Source of the DNA: Macrostomum lignano
Taxonomy: Eukaryota
Direction of reading: 5' to 3'
NCBI GenBank assembly: GCA_002269645.1
Contig: NIVC01000313.1
Location: 5,492-69,491 of the forward strand
DNA: 64,000 bases
The position numbers and the translations under genes were made by a program. Shown here one piece after another: positions 1 to 19,206 of the stretch (positions are counted from its first letter, which is position 1; each line of letters begins with the position of its first letter). The notes under the pieces are model-generated. The model was not told the DNA's origin. It searched no databases and was given only the letters and a program-made list of their open reading frames with translations.

Positions 1-357
1 AGTATCATAAAATGCTACTGCGAGTAGACTAATGTGAACGGCGTAGCAAAACTACGAGCGTATGATGGAAGATGAATCATGTTGCGACTTAAGATGAAAG
101 ATGAGTTATTTTACAACTTATGATGAAATATGAGTCATGTTACTAATAACATATCAAAAATTGTCTATAAATACAAACCAAAAATCCGAGCTGAAATCTC
201 AGACTCAGAGCAGCCTCAAAAGATCTTGTGCTTTGCCAGAGCAACTAATCGAGGCTATATCTCTGAGAGATAATATTATCAATTGATAAGCGTTGTTCAA
301 GTCTTTGTTATTTCGATTAATTGAGAGCGATTTTATTGCCGGTTGTTATTGTCCAAT

Positions 358-581
358 TTGACTTCTGCACTCGAGGAATAAATTGACTTCTGCACTCGAG
401 GAATACATTGACTTCTGCACTCGAGGAATAAATTGACTTCTGCACTCGAGGAATACATTGACTTCTGCACTCGAGGAATACATTGACTTCTGCACTCGAG
501 GAATACATTGACTTCTGCACTCGAGGAATACATTGACTTCTGCACTCGAGGAATACATTGACTTCTGCACTCGAGGAATAC
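358..581. repeat. 25-bp tandem minisatellite, 9 units
   Basis: Unit TTGACTTCTGCACTCGAGGAATACA at 25-bp period from 358; units 1 and 3 end in AA instead of CA; no spacers. Confidence 0.97.
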
Positions 582-1499
582 TTCGACGGAGTGTTACACT
601 CTCACATTCGGCCGATTTTGGACTTCAAGGACTTCAAGAGGACTACTCCGGAGGAAGCGGACTTAAGAAGATGAGCTCAGTAGACACGCGCGACAAAGAA
701 GAGGAGCCCGCAACAGTAAGTGATCACTGATTTTGTTCCCAGGCTTACGTGTCTGGAAGTGGGAGTTTTCGGGTGACTGATCACCACTCGACCAAACTCT
801 TCAGCGTGTTTAAACTCATCTAAGCTTTTAAGCTTCAAATTATAGATAAAAATCTGTTGTCTGTGCTTTATCCTCATAAAATTGCGCGAAGGGTCTACGA
901 TTGAGGTGCAACAGAATCTATAGGACTGTGCTCTATTGGAAAAATGTTTTGTTTGCATTGTAATTTGATGTAGCCCAGGAGCAGGCAAACTTTTTTTAAC
1001 TTAAGGGACATACATAAAATCTAGCGCATGTCTGCGGCCCAGAGAGAGAAGTTTTGAGAAGAGGGGAGAGGAAAGGAGAGAGGAGGGGAGAGAGGAGGCG
1101 AGAGAGGAGAGCTGAGAAGAGACCACTACAACAGGCCGCATTGATTATTGTGAAGTTGTGAAGTTTCAATGGATCCGAGGGCCGGATAGAGAGGCTTCGT
1201 GGAGTGCATGTGGCCCACTAGCCGGAGTTTTGCGACCCCTGATGTAGACGGTGCGGAGGGCAAGGTGGTAAATTGGCCGAGGATTTATTAGCCAATAAGT
1301 TTGAACTGTCTGGCCAATTACAATAAAAATGAAAATGTATTTGAATTGAGCAAAAATTAGAATCAGAATTCAGAATTTGCACGCAGCGGTTTTTTATTTG
1401 CTGCGCCAAATAAAAAAAGAAAATTCAAGCGGCTTTGATGAATAGCTGCAGTCAGTCTCCTATGGCTCGTATTAGCCAAAATTTATCACTTTGTTTTCC

Positions 1500-2660
1500 C
1501 CAGTTAAAAGCCACAGTGGAATTTAGATGCTGCATTCTTCCACGAGCCTGGGCAGAGGTGCTCCTCCCAACTTCTGTTGAAGGTCTCCAGCCATCTCTCA
1601 AGACACTGATCTGGCAGGTTTTTTATGAAGCGCACTTCGATACCCTCCACAACGCCCTTCATGTCCGTGGCCATTTGTTCGAGAGCGTCGTTTAGCTCTT
1701 CCTTGACGAACGGCACGCTAAATTCGGCTGCTTCGTTGTAGTCACTGAGACCCTTGGCCACCCGCCCTCGAAGCATCCTATCCTCTTTACCGATCTTGAC
1801 TTTGCTGTTACTAGCGTACATCTCCACAAACAGTTCCTTCACAACAATCTCATTCGAAATGTTTTCCTCTTTTACTGAGTGCAGCACCTTGATCGTCCTC
1901 CAGGTGCTCTTGCCAGCATCGCCTTCTTAAGGTTCTTTACGTGTTCTTTCCAGTTCAGCCTCTTTTCTCTGATCGTCGCGGCTAGCTGCTCGTTCGCCGC
2001 AATCCATGCAACTCTCTCTGCTGCTAGCGTCCCTGCGCGTCTAAGCATTCCCCTTTCTCTGAATGTCCGACAGCTCCTCGTCCCAGAACGGCATTTTGCG
2101 GTTAGATAATTTCTTCCTCGGGACGCACTCTTCGGCTACCTCCAACATCACTTTGCTGAGGCATTTAATCTCCTGCACCACTGATCCCTTGGGGATACCC
2201 CGGAACGTTGCCTCGCACCTCTCCTGAACATAGACTAGTCTGCCTTCTACCAAGCCTACGACAGCCGTTTTCAACTGTCTCTAACTTTACGCTGTGACCA
2301 CGGTGATGATAATAGGGTGGTGGTCAAACTGAGACCGCGAGTGACCTCCCATTGGCAGAGCGTTCCCAAGTTGGAGGCCGGAACAACACCGGTCCTCCAA
2401 TCAGTATGGGTTGCTGAACCATCTAGAATCTGGTAATCAAATTCAGCAATCCAACACAGCAGCGCCCTGGATTCTCTGCGATCCACTGCGCTCTGTTCCA
2501 GTGCGACTCTCCTTTCTCCACATTCAGGTTGAGATCTTCCAGAACAATCTCGCGGCTGTCGGGGCGAATCCAGCTCAAAATGTCTTCACTTTCTCTCGCG
2601 TCCTCACCTTGCATGCTCCTGACCAGAGGGAGATACACATTTATTATTGTGATTGTTTAA
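1500..2660 (-). mobile_element. Decayed non-LTR retrotransposon: APE endonuclease plus linker and start of RT
   Basis: Minus-strand fragments: MYLPL...EDLNLN..HW (ORF 2423-2638), SQFDHHPIIITV (SDH-type motif, ~2290-2330), PFWDEEL (2041-2274), FNRSWEEHLCPGSWKNA (1504-1887). Broken by stops and frameshifts. Confidence 0.75.
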
Positions 2661-3061
2661 GTCGATGACGGTTTTCATGCTTTCCGTGACATAACAAAGC
2701 CATGCATACTATCTATACTGTTACGTAGAGTGAACCAAATTCTGCCCAATTTTTTTCGAACGTCCACCCCTGACTGGACAAGGAGTGCGTCCCGCAACCG
2801 GCCATAGGCCACCCGGCGCCGCGCACCCTTGGGCGTACCAGACTGGCTGTACGAGCTATGCATCTGTCCGCACTTAATACTCGACCGAGTGCCGGACGAC
2901 CGAGTAAAAGGGTCGGACCAAATGTTTCTCTGCGATAGTTTGCTGTCTCCCAGGAACAACTAGGCGGTCTTGCTTTGTTGTCATAAGCTAGTTTTACGCT
3001 CGTATTGCTTTTCGTCGCTTTTTGTAAACCTAACAGTAAACATAGCACAGCAAGCAGCATT

Positions 3062-3334
3062 TCACTTAGCGATTATAAGCGGTTGGATGACCTCCCGGTA
3101 CGACAGCTTCGTTTTTGGCCTGCCCTTTAACTTTTAGTTCCTGTGAGTCTTGTTAAACATTGCTTGGAATCTTTTTGTAAGAAGGCAGTCGACCATGCCT
3201 GTGACTGATCTGTCACCTATGGAGTACACCTGTCGTCGCAGATAAGCTGTCTGAAAATCAAGAACACTGTTTTTAAAACATCTGACAAGCTTACTTTGCT
3301 TGCGCACTGAGTTAGCTCGACAAGTGCAGTACAC
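3062..3334 (-). pseudogene. Possible DUF4806/BEN-like fragment
   Basis: SVTGMVDCLLTKRFQAMFNKTHRN*KLKGRPKTKLSYREVIQPLIIA loosely follows the DUF4806 pattern, with one in-frame stop. Weak motif resemblance only. Confidence 0.25.
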
Positions 3335-6300
3335 GTACGTTCATTTGTACGCTCATTCGACTGAATCGTCTATGGCCACACCCAACAAAGAGAAATCATT
3401 GAAGTACCCCCAATGTACTTTTAGGGGTAAAACGCATAGCTGTCAGAGCTGTCAAACGCTTGAGTGAACACGAACAATAGGTCCTGACCTCATAAATTTG
3501 ATGGCCCTTCAAAAATGATGAGAAAAAAGCTACCGCCCGCATCTGCTCAGACCATCTGGCGCCAGCCTCAACACTAAGTAGGCGCAGGTGGCTGTCAGAC
3601 AAGCTCACAAACAGTGATTTTTGACCCCAAAAGTAGCGAAGACCGCGCCTATGTTATTATGACTACAGGTATGGCAAAAAGATATAGCTACAAAAATCCT
3701 ACTAATAGGAATTCTAGGAAAATCACATAAAAAGGAGAGAGCCTGCTGTTAGTAGGCTAACAGGTTCGGAACCCATGCTTGAGAGTGAAATTTGGAAAAA
3801 AGTGCATTTCTCATCATATGCCCCCCCCCTATTTGTGAGTTGATCGCAGATTAACTCAAACAAAGAAGAAAAATGAGCGCAGTTTTGTACTAAATCACAG
3901 CTTTCACATAAAAAGCTGTGAACTAGAGGCTTTCTACCTGGTAAGCCTCTTGATGGCTTAATTCCTTTGCCGCGGAGTCGACTCGAGCCAGGATGGGCGA
4001 GGAGTTTGGGAAATGCGTTGCACATTCTCCCCTCCCGCCTGTGAAGTCCACGTGCCGGGAGTTTCTGAGATCGATTGGCGGCTGCTGGCGAATGGCGACC
4101 CTCAGAGGATTAAGGGACCCTCGAATCATCTTCGTTGGCTGGCTGAGACGCTGCTGGGGGAGAATAGCATCTACCACCCCGAGTTTCAGAAGAATAAAGA
4201 CGACTGACACAGCCATCCACTCATGTCATCCACAATCTATCATTCTCGCCTTCGAATCTCGCAACAACATCTCGTTCGCCAGCCCGCGCCTCGCCACTTT
4301 CGCCGACTTTGCACCTCCCGATCTCCAATCGATAAGTCTCCTTTCGGCTTTGTGATTTTGTGATAATCTACCGTCCACTCCAATCAATTAGATAATCCCT
4401 GACCCATCCCACAATCCCAGCAACCTTCAGGGTACACTCCCTTCTACTCATTCGTCATTCAGTGCAGTACAGAATAGATATTTTAACATACAGTAGATCA
4501 TTGGTAGAGTTTCAGAACAGAGGCCGAATAATTTTTGGACATCAGTGTTTTATTATAAAAGTTCTTTCGAATGTTTCTGTCTTTATAACTCCGCTTGAAT
4601 CGCATTCTTTCTCAATTTAATTCACGCAATCATCCTATTTTGTTTTGCACTCAATATTACTACATGTCAGTAGTATCTCACGGCCACGAAATTCAACTTA
4701 GATTTGTCATTTCGAGAGCAATTAAAGATTTGGAGAATTTCGTATCAATTCAGGTTGACCGCCTAAACTTATTTAAAACTTCACTAATTTAGCCTAGATC
4801 TCTTTCTTCGCTTCAGCGAAGATATAGTAATGCGGGAAAACCGATTATTTCAATTCCGACCAAGCGTGCATTTTAATTATTGGGAAAAATATTCACAATA
4901 AATTAGACAAGCAGGCAAGTATTTACACATAATCAAGCACCGCACCTATTTTCGCCTCACGATTTGGAAAGGTAAAAAAGAGCAAATATGCAGAACGACT
5001 ACTAGTAGGAGGATAAATAGCAAAGCACAACAAGTAGTATGTACGCAGAAAAATAAGCTTTTGAGTATATGCGCATAAATAAATAGGAACACAACACATA
5101 ACGGTAAATAGGAGTACGCAAGCTTCATAGTATCACAACATTTATTCATCAATATAGATACTCAAAAACACCTTTTCAAAGCACCAGGGGGAAACTGTGG
5201 GGCATTTACAGGGGTCTCGATCAAGCATACTCCTTATAGCTAGTAATAGAAATAGCAAATTTTCCTTAATACTGAGAAAATCCCGAAATGGATGTAACGA
5301 ATTGATGACAGCGATTAAGATTAAAATAACCCTACAACAGATTTGGAGGCATCTGTAGGACTCGAACAGGCAGGAAAATTGGAACTATTACAACCTGATG
5401 AAAGCGGTGGGATAATCAACTCAAAAGAGCACCCAAGAACGTTCAACTATTGCACAAACAACGCTCTGTAGACGCAGAGCTGGACGCTGAAGCAAGAAAC
5501 ATACGAGCCATACGAGCGGATCTGCTTGTGCAGAGTTTTTATGGTTTAGCATGCATAAACTGACGGCTAATATAAGTTCAGCGGATAGTACAGCCGCAAC
5601 AAGATATAAAACAATTAACCAACTAACAAGCCACATTTAGAAGCTGTTGCAGCGTTTAAATTCTGTTTCTGCAGGTAAAATGTCAAGGAAGCATTTTGCA
5701 GCAACATTTATCAAGGCAGGTGCACTCAGAATTATTTGCACTCAGCTAGTTAGGAATGTCTTTTCTGTTTTTAAACGATTAGGTCTGAAGGGACCCTCGG
5801 GTCAGCCCGGGCTTATAATATATCAGCGAAAATATTGGATTAGCAAAGAATAAAAAGATTGTGAATTCGAAATGAGGTTTTGGTGTGTGCATTTGGGTGA
5901 TAAAATACTCGCACTGGTTCATAGAGGGGAAACCAGAATAAAGAGGGGGTCCTCAAGGGGGTATATTGAATATTGGATTATTGGAATGATGAAAAAGTAT
6001 GTAAAGCAAGCAGTCGGCGGAACACATTGACAGCAGGAATTACAGGAATCGCAGGAATGTCTTTACAAATTAAAAAGTTTTTATTTTAATTTTTTCTAAT
6101 TCCATAAAGGTAGTATTTACCATTTCACTTTTTTTAATTTTCAAAGCACTCAGGGCATTGACAAAACCTCCAAGAAATCGCTCAGAAAAAAATGTAATCC
6201 GACCTCCCATTCTCTTGGTTGAAACATTCAAATCATTTGAAAACTTTCGAATCCAAAGTCTTTTACGTAAAACAAATTCCAAAAATAAAATTTTAGTGGA

Positions 6301-6369
6301 TACAATTCAAAATTTAATAATTGTTTAACAGTCTATTGTGCTCATTACGAGCTAATAGCTACATGTAGA

Positions 6370-7574
6370 GGGGCGCTTTCATTAGGCCGAAATTTCACTT
6401 CGCCGAAAAGCAGCCTCTTTCACTAGGCCGAAATTTCACTAGGCCGAAACTTCACTTTGCCGAAAAATCATTTTAGCAGCCTCTTTCACTAGGCCGAAAC
6501 TTCACTTTGCCGAAAAATCATTTCAGCAGCCTCTTTCACTAGGCCGAAACTTCACTTTGCCGAAAAATCATTTCAGCTGCCTCTTTCACTAGGCCGAAAC
6601 TTCACTTTGCCGAAAAATCATTTTAGCAGCCTCTTTCACTAGGCCGAAACTTCACTTTGCCGAAAAATCATTTTAGCAGCATCCTTCTTACTAATGGTCG
6701 AAAGGGTGTGCACTTTAAGACTCCAAAATGGAACCGCAAGCAAGCAGTGGCGATTTCTCTGCACCAGTTTCTTTATTTTGACCTAAGCGTTACTGCTACT
6801 AAAGTGGGAGCACGATATTGTCACTCAGTTTTTGTATGGAATATTTTCGACGTTCCATAATTACTTCATTTTTAGGGTTAACTTTGATTGCTTATTTCCA
6901 TTGCATTTTTTGTCTCAGTCCGATGGACTTTTTAAGTTGTAGAGTGCTCGTTGTTTTAAGGCTCCTTTGAAAGTATGCAGATTTGCCTAGATTCCGATTC
7001 ATAGAATATGCATAGCTCTTAATCTCTAATTCTCTGGCTTCTGTGAACTGTCAGCATATACGCAAGCAAGATGATTGAAGACATTCACTGAAGACATTTC
7101 ATTTGTGAAGACAAATTCCAAAGATGGTAAATTTTTTCAAAGAGATCTTCGATCATTAAAGACTTTCGGAGATGTTTTGGAGTATATTTAAACTGAAAAA
7201 TATAGTATGTAACGGTAATAATTTTTAGTTTCATGATACCAGTATTTAGTAGTTTAGTAATTAAAAAAATTAATAGTTCGTATTTCGTATTTTTGAATCG
7301 CTATGAGTCGTTCTAAGTCACTGTTTCCCCATTACGCGATAGTCAGGCCCCCTTAGAATAGTCCGCCCCGTTTCCCTGGCAACTTTAGTCTATTTAGTCA
7401 ACCTACTCGGAGATAATCAGGAATAGTACTGCTCAGGCACTGAAACGCTAATGTCTTCTAACTAGTCTAGTCATTTCGGCAATGTGAAGTTTCGGCCTAG
7501 TGAAGTTTCGGCCATATGAAAGAGCATGCTAGTCATTTCGGCAAAGTGAAATTTCGGCCTAGTGAAACCCCCCC
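6370..7574. mobile_element. Non-autonomous foldback/MITE-like DNA transposon with 8-bp TSD
   Basis: Direct repeat CATGTAGA at 6362-6369 and 7575-7582. Left end GGGGCGCTTTCATTAGGCCGAAATTTCACT matches the reverse complement of the right end, GGGGGGGTTTCACTAGGCCGAAATTTCACT. No transposase ORF. Confidence 0.85.
6431..6680. repeat. 50-bp subterminal tandem repeat (~5 units) inside the MITE
   Basis: CTCTTTCACTAGGCCGAAACTTCACTTTGCC recurs at 6481, 6531, 6581 and 6631; inverted copies at ~7475-7567. Confidence 0.95.
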
Positions 7575-7721
7575 CATGTAGAAACATTTTAAAATCAAGC
7601 AAACTGCACACATGGTAGACACCCACTAAAACACCTGCAACCATGGTAGACACCCACTAAAACACCTGCATACATGACAGAAGCAAGGTACCTTCTGCAT
7701 CCCAATTACAAGCTGAAGCTT

Positions 7722-7932
7722 GGTAGGTGATTGGGGTGAGAGGCACAAGTGACTCATGGTTGGTGATCGGTGAGAGGCACAAGTGACTCATGGTTGGTGA
7801 TCGGTGAGAGGCACAAGTGACTCATGGTTGGTGATCGGTGAGAGGCACAAGTGATTTATGGTTGGTGATTGGTAAGAGGCACAAGTGACTCATGGTTGGT
7901 GATCGGTGAGAGGCACAAATGACTCATGGTTA
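7722..7932. repeat. 34-bp minisatellite, left part (~6 units)
   Basis: AGGCACAAGTGACTCATGGTTGGTGATCGGTGAG with period 34 (7741, 7775, 7809...). Confidence 0.95.
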
Positions 7933-13631
<5,699 letters not shown>

Positions 13632-13725
13632 TGACTCATGGTTAGTGATCGGTGAGAGGCACAAGTGACTCATGGTTGGTGATCGGTGAGGGGCACAAGT
13701 GACTCATGGCTGGTGATCGGTGAGA
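13632..13725. repeat. 34-bp minisatellite, right part (~3 units)
   Basis: Same unit as 7722-7932, resuming after the LINE 5' end. Confidence 0.93.
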
Positions 13726-14050
13726 GGGCCCCCCGATGGCGTTTCAAAATGCCTCTGTAGTACGAGACAGACTAGGCCTATGGGCTATGGTCTGCGATGT
13801 TTCACGCCCCCCCCCCAACTGTGCACGTAAAGGTTGGTATGAGATCTGCACTATCTATTTGTCTCTTTTTGCCACAGACTCCCCCAAGCTGTTTCGTTAG
13901 CCAACTTAGAGAACTCTTCCCCACTGGTGTGCAAGGCAGACCCTCGGTCTCTGGTGCTGGCGACCCATCCAGTAGCTCCGGCCGAACTGGGGTATGTGGC
14001 TTGCAGGCCTTGGTTCTGACAAACGTACCCGGCCCTATAACGCCTGAGGC

Positions 14051-14200
14051 GTTCTCTGCGCTGCTAGGCTGGAAGGCCGGGGAGTAGTCCGGTCGCTAGT
14101 GGTCCACCTTCTGGTGTCAAGCCAGCCTTGAGGAATCTTTTTTTGGCATCCTGCCTGGTCAGGTGGAGCGGCCAGATAGGTATCGCGGCCCTCGTGGGTA
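14051..14200. repeat. Dispersed repeat shared with ~27192-27360
   Basis: TTCTCTGCGCTGCTAGGCTGGAAGGCCGGGGAGTA and GAGGAATCTTTTTTGGCATCCTGCCTGGTCAGGTGGAGCGGCC occur at both sites. Confidence 0.8.
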
Positions 14201-14894
14201 ACTCATCAACTTGTATCATGGCTTCGAGCCGACTGTGGATAATGCACTCAAACTAGGGACGGGACCTTTCTAAACCCAACCTCGGTCCGAAAGACCGGCC
14301 GGCTCTACGGGCAGATCCCAACCGACTGACTCAACCATGGAGAACTGAAAAAAACAAGAACTGACGGGGTCTGCTTGCAGATCCAACTGGAGCCATAAAA
14401 CTAAAGATACCTGAAAACATGCCGGCCTTGCCAGTGGATCAAAGAGAACCTTGCGAGCTCTAAGCTCAAAGAACCGACCAGAGCTCGCAGATCAAAAAAA
14501 GCTCGACAGAGATCAGAAGATCACAAGTTAGTTGCAACAGGGGAAGATGAAAGAATGCTTAAGCCATGGGAGAAGTGTGTTGCTGCGAGTGAAGACTGTG
14601 ATGAGAAGGCTGCTTCGAAGGCTTCTGAATATAAGAATGACAGCAATTTCTTCCCATATGGACAAAGCGCCTCTTTGAATATTCTGCCACTTTCACTTAA
14701 AGACTATCAGTGCGAGTCGATGGTTATTTAATGAAAGAAAGAAATGACTCAATCATTTTTCATTGCATCAATTTTTATGCAGATCTTAGATTTTTCATTA
14801 AACAATGTTTATTGAGCTTGAACTGTTACATTCTGCTGTTAGATAGTGTGTTTAAAGTTTTGGTCAAATTCCAGCTAGTCAGTAGCTGTTCGGC

Positions 14895-15560
14895 TCAGAT
14901 AGGTGTAGTAAGCAAATCGAATACTTCCATTGCCTTAGGGCCACCACACGTTTCATTTTCAATGCCTTTCTTGCATCGAGCGTTACAGAGCCTGTTAGGC
15001 GCTGCTTTTCCTTGCAGTATTCTATTGCCACAGTGGCACTCGTTGCCTTTTGCTAGACCAAAATATTTGTATGACCATTGCAAGCAGCCTTCAGCACACA
15101 TTCTTTGGTTCATAGCCGCAAAATTTTGTTCCAACTCGAAGTCCAAGACTTTATCTTTTTTAAAATAATAACATCCCTTTGACGGTGCTGAAAAAACCAC
15201 AAAAGTGTGACTCTGTAAATTTTTGACAGCTAATAAATCAAACGGCTACGGCTGTCCACTTACCCGGCACTATTACAGCCGTAGTAGGTGGCACTTCGTA
15301 GATACTCATACCAAAACTGCCACCACAAGTTTCCCGGTTGTTTCCCGGACACCTGCGATCGCACTGTGATGGCAAAATCGGCTCTGATATGATCTGGTCT
15401 CCGCAATAGCAGTTTGTTTCTTGTACTCCAAAATATAGTTTTTTCATGTCTCGACATGCCCAAATGCATGAACGAAGAAACATGTTGGAGTCCTCTTTGG
15501 CGAATCTAATTAGAGCACTTTCATGCTCAAAATGCAAAAAGCAACCCTTATAATATGTTC
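14895..15560 (-). CDS. WSC-domain protein A: two WSC exons (15264-15560 and 14895-15187); 5' exon not resolved
   Basis: YKGC...C...C...YFGVQETNCYCG...C...CPGN..ETCGG and KGC...MCAEGC...YFGLAKGNECHCG...C...C...ETCGG. Canonical phase-1 GT-AG intron 15188-15263; stop at 14895; AATAAA ~85 nt downstream. Candidate hydrophobic leader ORF 15805-15972 (MPGDILTRLADFLVLLSLLCICALLQLL). Confidence 0.85.
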
Positions 15561-16979
15561 CTGAAATTTTTTGGTAAAAGTTCAATTATTGTTGGTAGGA
15601 AATGTACGCCAGTGCATTATAAATACATATGAATACAATTTCCAAGGCCACCGAGTCACAACACATCTGCAAGCAGATCAACTTGGCCGCATATAAGGTA
15701 GTGTTAGTCGCTGCGAAGCCCAGGGAGTGGTCGCTGTGGCGGCTAACTATTGATTCGAATAGTCAGACATATGCATTGGTTTTGCAGCTTCACTATGAAA
15801 CAAATTATGGTCCATCAGAAGGGCAAGACGCATTATGAAGGTAAGGCACTCTCGCAAAGGCGTGAGGAAGATAAGGGTCAACACGAGAGAGAAGCTGAAG
15901 AAGCGCACAAATACACAACAGACTCAACAGGACAAGGAAGTCAGCGAGTCGAGTCAAAATGTCACCTGGCATAACGGACCAAATTAAGATGCATTCTATC
16001 TAAGTAGCTGGAGAATGCTTGCTTTTATAAATGCGTACACCTATTTAACGTCTAGCCTATTTAGCCTAGCCGTTTATATGTTTTGGGGTTAATAGATACT
16101 TACCTAGTAAATCTGAAATTGAGATATGGGAACTCGGTTATTGTTGGTAAAATAGCACCGCAAATACTCAGAATTAAAATACGAAATCAGTGAAATACAT
16201 CCTAATTGTAAAGCCAAAATTAAATAAATGCGTAAATTAATTTTTACTTTCACTTAGTAATTAATCTATGAATAAATATCAATTGGCATTGGAATGACGC
16301 GTAGGCACTTACTGACGTAGCCTGAAAGTAAAGCCCGGTATAATTTTTAATGCAAATACACATAAGATAACACTAATATTATTTCAATTAAATTCATACT
16401 AATCCATCCCGAGTATAGAGGCTTACCTCCGAAGACGCTTGAAACCGCAACAAGAAGGAACAGAGCAAGAGTTGCAAACTGCATGATTGCTTCAATTGCT
16501 TTTTTGCTTCGAGAGTTTGTTTTACTAGACTCCTGTATTCGTCGAAAACTTGATTCGGCAGCCTCGAGCCTCTCTTTCTTTTATAGAGCTCGAATGCAAA
16601 TTCTTGAAATAAATTTGTGCCACGTTGCAAATTCCTACATCAACTACCACGTAGAAATTGAATTTTAGAATGTGAGTGGCTAAAAGTTTTCGTTCAACTT
16701 AAAGTTTTTCAACTCATTTTTATTTTAAATTTCAGGAAGTTGAAACTCGGATTCAATTACTAGAACTCTGTTTTAAGCGTTTTTAAAATAATTAAGATCT
16801 TCTTCAGAAATAAAAAAATGCAAAAAATTCAGAAAAAATGAAAACCAAGTATTGAAAGCAACTACGAATGGTGTTTCAAAAGTATTGCCGCATTTCTTTG
16901 CACTACCTTTCATGATCATAAATTGAAACAAAGGGAATAATCACTGAATAACGGCTTTAACTTTAACTGTGGGCGAAAG

Positions 16980-19206
16980 TCAGAGGACAGGGATTTTCAC
17001 AGCAGAGGCAAGTGACTGTTGCCATCAACAGAGACCCAGGGATCCAATTACAATTACAGCAAAAATACTGGAAGGACAACAGGAACATGCAATCCGATGT
17101 TAATTAGATACCGGAGCTGGTGTTTCAATAATGTCCGAAATGTTGTGGAACCAGTTGGGCAGGCCTAGACTGCAACCTTCAAGCACCAAGCTGGGTCGCT
17201 ATGCCAACAACCACACATTCCAAGTACTAGGACAGAAGTGACAGAAGTGTCAGCGAAATCATAGCAGGGCGTGGTTTCTAGGCCACATTCTAGACAATGG
17301 TCGCATCTACCCGAACGACGAGAAAGTCAGTGCAATCAAGGAAATGGAGCCACCAAAAAGTTTGGCAGAATTAGAGTCATTTCTGGGATTAGTAACATTC
17401 TGTTATCGCTTCATACCTAACTTGTCAGAAATGACAACCACACTGATTTAACTGAAGCAGAAAGGTTCAAAGTTCCACTGGGGTTCAGGACAAATGGAAG
17501 CTTTCAACAACATCAAAAGGTTAATTTCAAAAGACGCAGAGTTGTCCGCTTACGATCCGAAACTACCCGTAGAACTGGAGGTTGACGCATCGAAGAAAGC
17601 CTTGGGAGGGGTACTGAGTCAAGAAGGTCGCCCGTACTCTATATCAGTAAAGCTCTTTCCAAAGCAGAAAAAAACTACTCGAAAATTGAGCGTGAGGCAC
17701 TGGCCATAGTCTGGGGAATTCGCAGATGCCATCGATTTCTCTGTGGGAGGAAGTTCAGCTTGGTCACGGACCATAGATCCTTGATCTACATTTTAGCAGT
17801 CGACAAGGAACTTCCACCCCGAGTGTCTGCCAGACTACAGAGAGATGAGCGATTTTCCTTACAGCCTACGACTATGCAATCCAGTACCGGAACACAAAGG
17901 CTATGGCTTCTGATGCGCTATCTCGACTAGTCAAGACAGGGTTAGACGAAACTACTCTGGAAATTGGAAACGTAAATGTGTTTTGCTCGCTCGTGTCAGC
18001 TAATGAGATGGTACATGCTACGAATAGTTGTCAGGACATGCGGATGCTAAAGAAAGCTGTGACAACAGGGGACTCCAGGCATTAGGCACTGAGACCCTTC
18101 AAGCCTATCCAGGATGAACTAACTGTTCAAGATGATCTTGTTCTGAGGGGACAGAGAATCGTTGTTCCAAAATCGCTACGTGACAGAGTGATCAAGGCCG
18201 TTCATCAAACACACCTTGGAATCGTCAGGTCAACGTCTTTGACCAGAAAAAGAGTTCTGGTGGCCTGCTATGGACAAAGATCTCGAGAAAGCGATTGGCT
18301 TGTGTAAAATTTGCCGCTCTGCTAAGCCACAGAACCGAAATTTTCGTACATCTTGGCCGGAAGCAAATGTTCCGTGGGATCGAGTTCATGCGGATTTTGC
18401 CGGTCCCGTTGAGAACCTACATCTTCTAGTGATAGCAGACTCGTACACAGGCTACCCCGAGATCCACATCACTAAAGATATGACATCGCAAACGGTGATT
18501 CAATGTCTTCGACGAACATTTTCTCAACTGGGAATACCTCGCACCATAGTATCAGACAACGGTCCAAGCTTCACGAGCAGGGAGTTCAGAGAATGGCTTG
18601 ATGGACTCGATTGCAAACATTTGATGACTGCACCATACCATCCTCAGAGCAATGGAGCTGAAAGACTAGTACGAACACTGAAAGAGGCAATCAGAAGGTG
18701 GTGCTTCCTATCGGGCAGAGCATGGCGCTCATCAAGACAGATGAGGAACAACCAAAGTACTGGAAGGTTCACTTTGACCAAATTCAGCCATATGAACAGC
18801 CAAGTGAGCAAGCAGACGCAATGGCAGACCAACCGCGGACGGAAGAGCCTAGACCGGATGCAGAAGAAGACGCAAGTGCGAATAGTCCGGAGCCAGAACC
18901 GGATGGAGTTTAATGGGCTAAGGCGCAGTCAGCGATTAATGCAAAAACCGCGAGTTGACTATGGTTGCTGATGCTGACTTCAGCAGCGAATTGACTGTTT
19001 CCAGTCACTAACTGGCGTTACTTATTGTAAGGGGGAAGATGCTGTTTGTGGGCTCAATCAGTGCCATAGTGCCTTTTTGTATAAAATATAAGCTCTGCAG
19101 AGCGAAATAAAAAGTAATTCGTTTAGCAAGACTCCGAGCGCTGAAAATATACAAGCATAAGACTCGTGTTACCTTTATGACTCCGACTCCCTAGTGCTAC
19201 ATAACA
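16980..19206 (+). mobile_element. Decayed Gypsy LTR retrotransposon (protease, most of RT deleted, RNase H, integrase, 3' LTR)
   Basis: LDTGAGVS (~17104); FLGH; VDASKKALGGVLSQ; PWDRVHADFAGP...IVSDNGPSF...APYHPQSNGAER (18270-18700). Polypurine tract AAGGGGGAAGA at 19029-19039, then TG...CA segment 19040-19206. Confidence 0.88.

Noticed and set aside
358-581. CRISPR array
   Set aside because: Head-to-tail repeats with no unique spacers, eukaryotic context, no cas genes.
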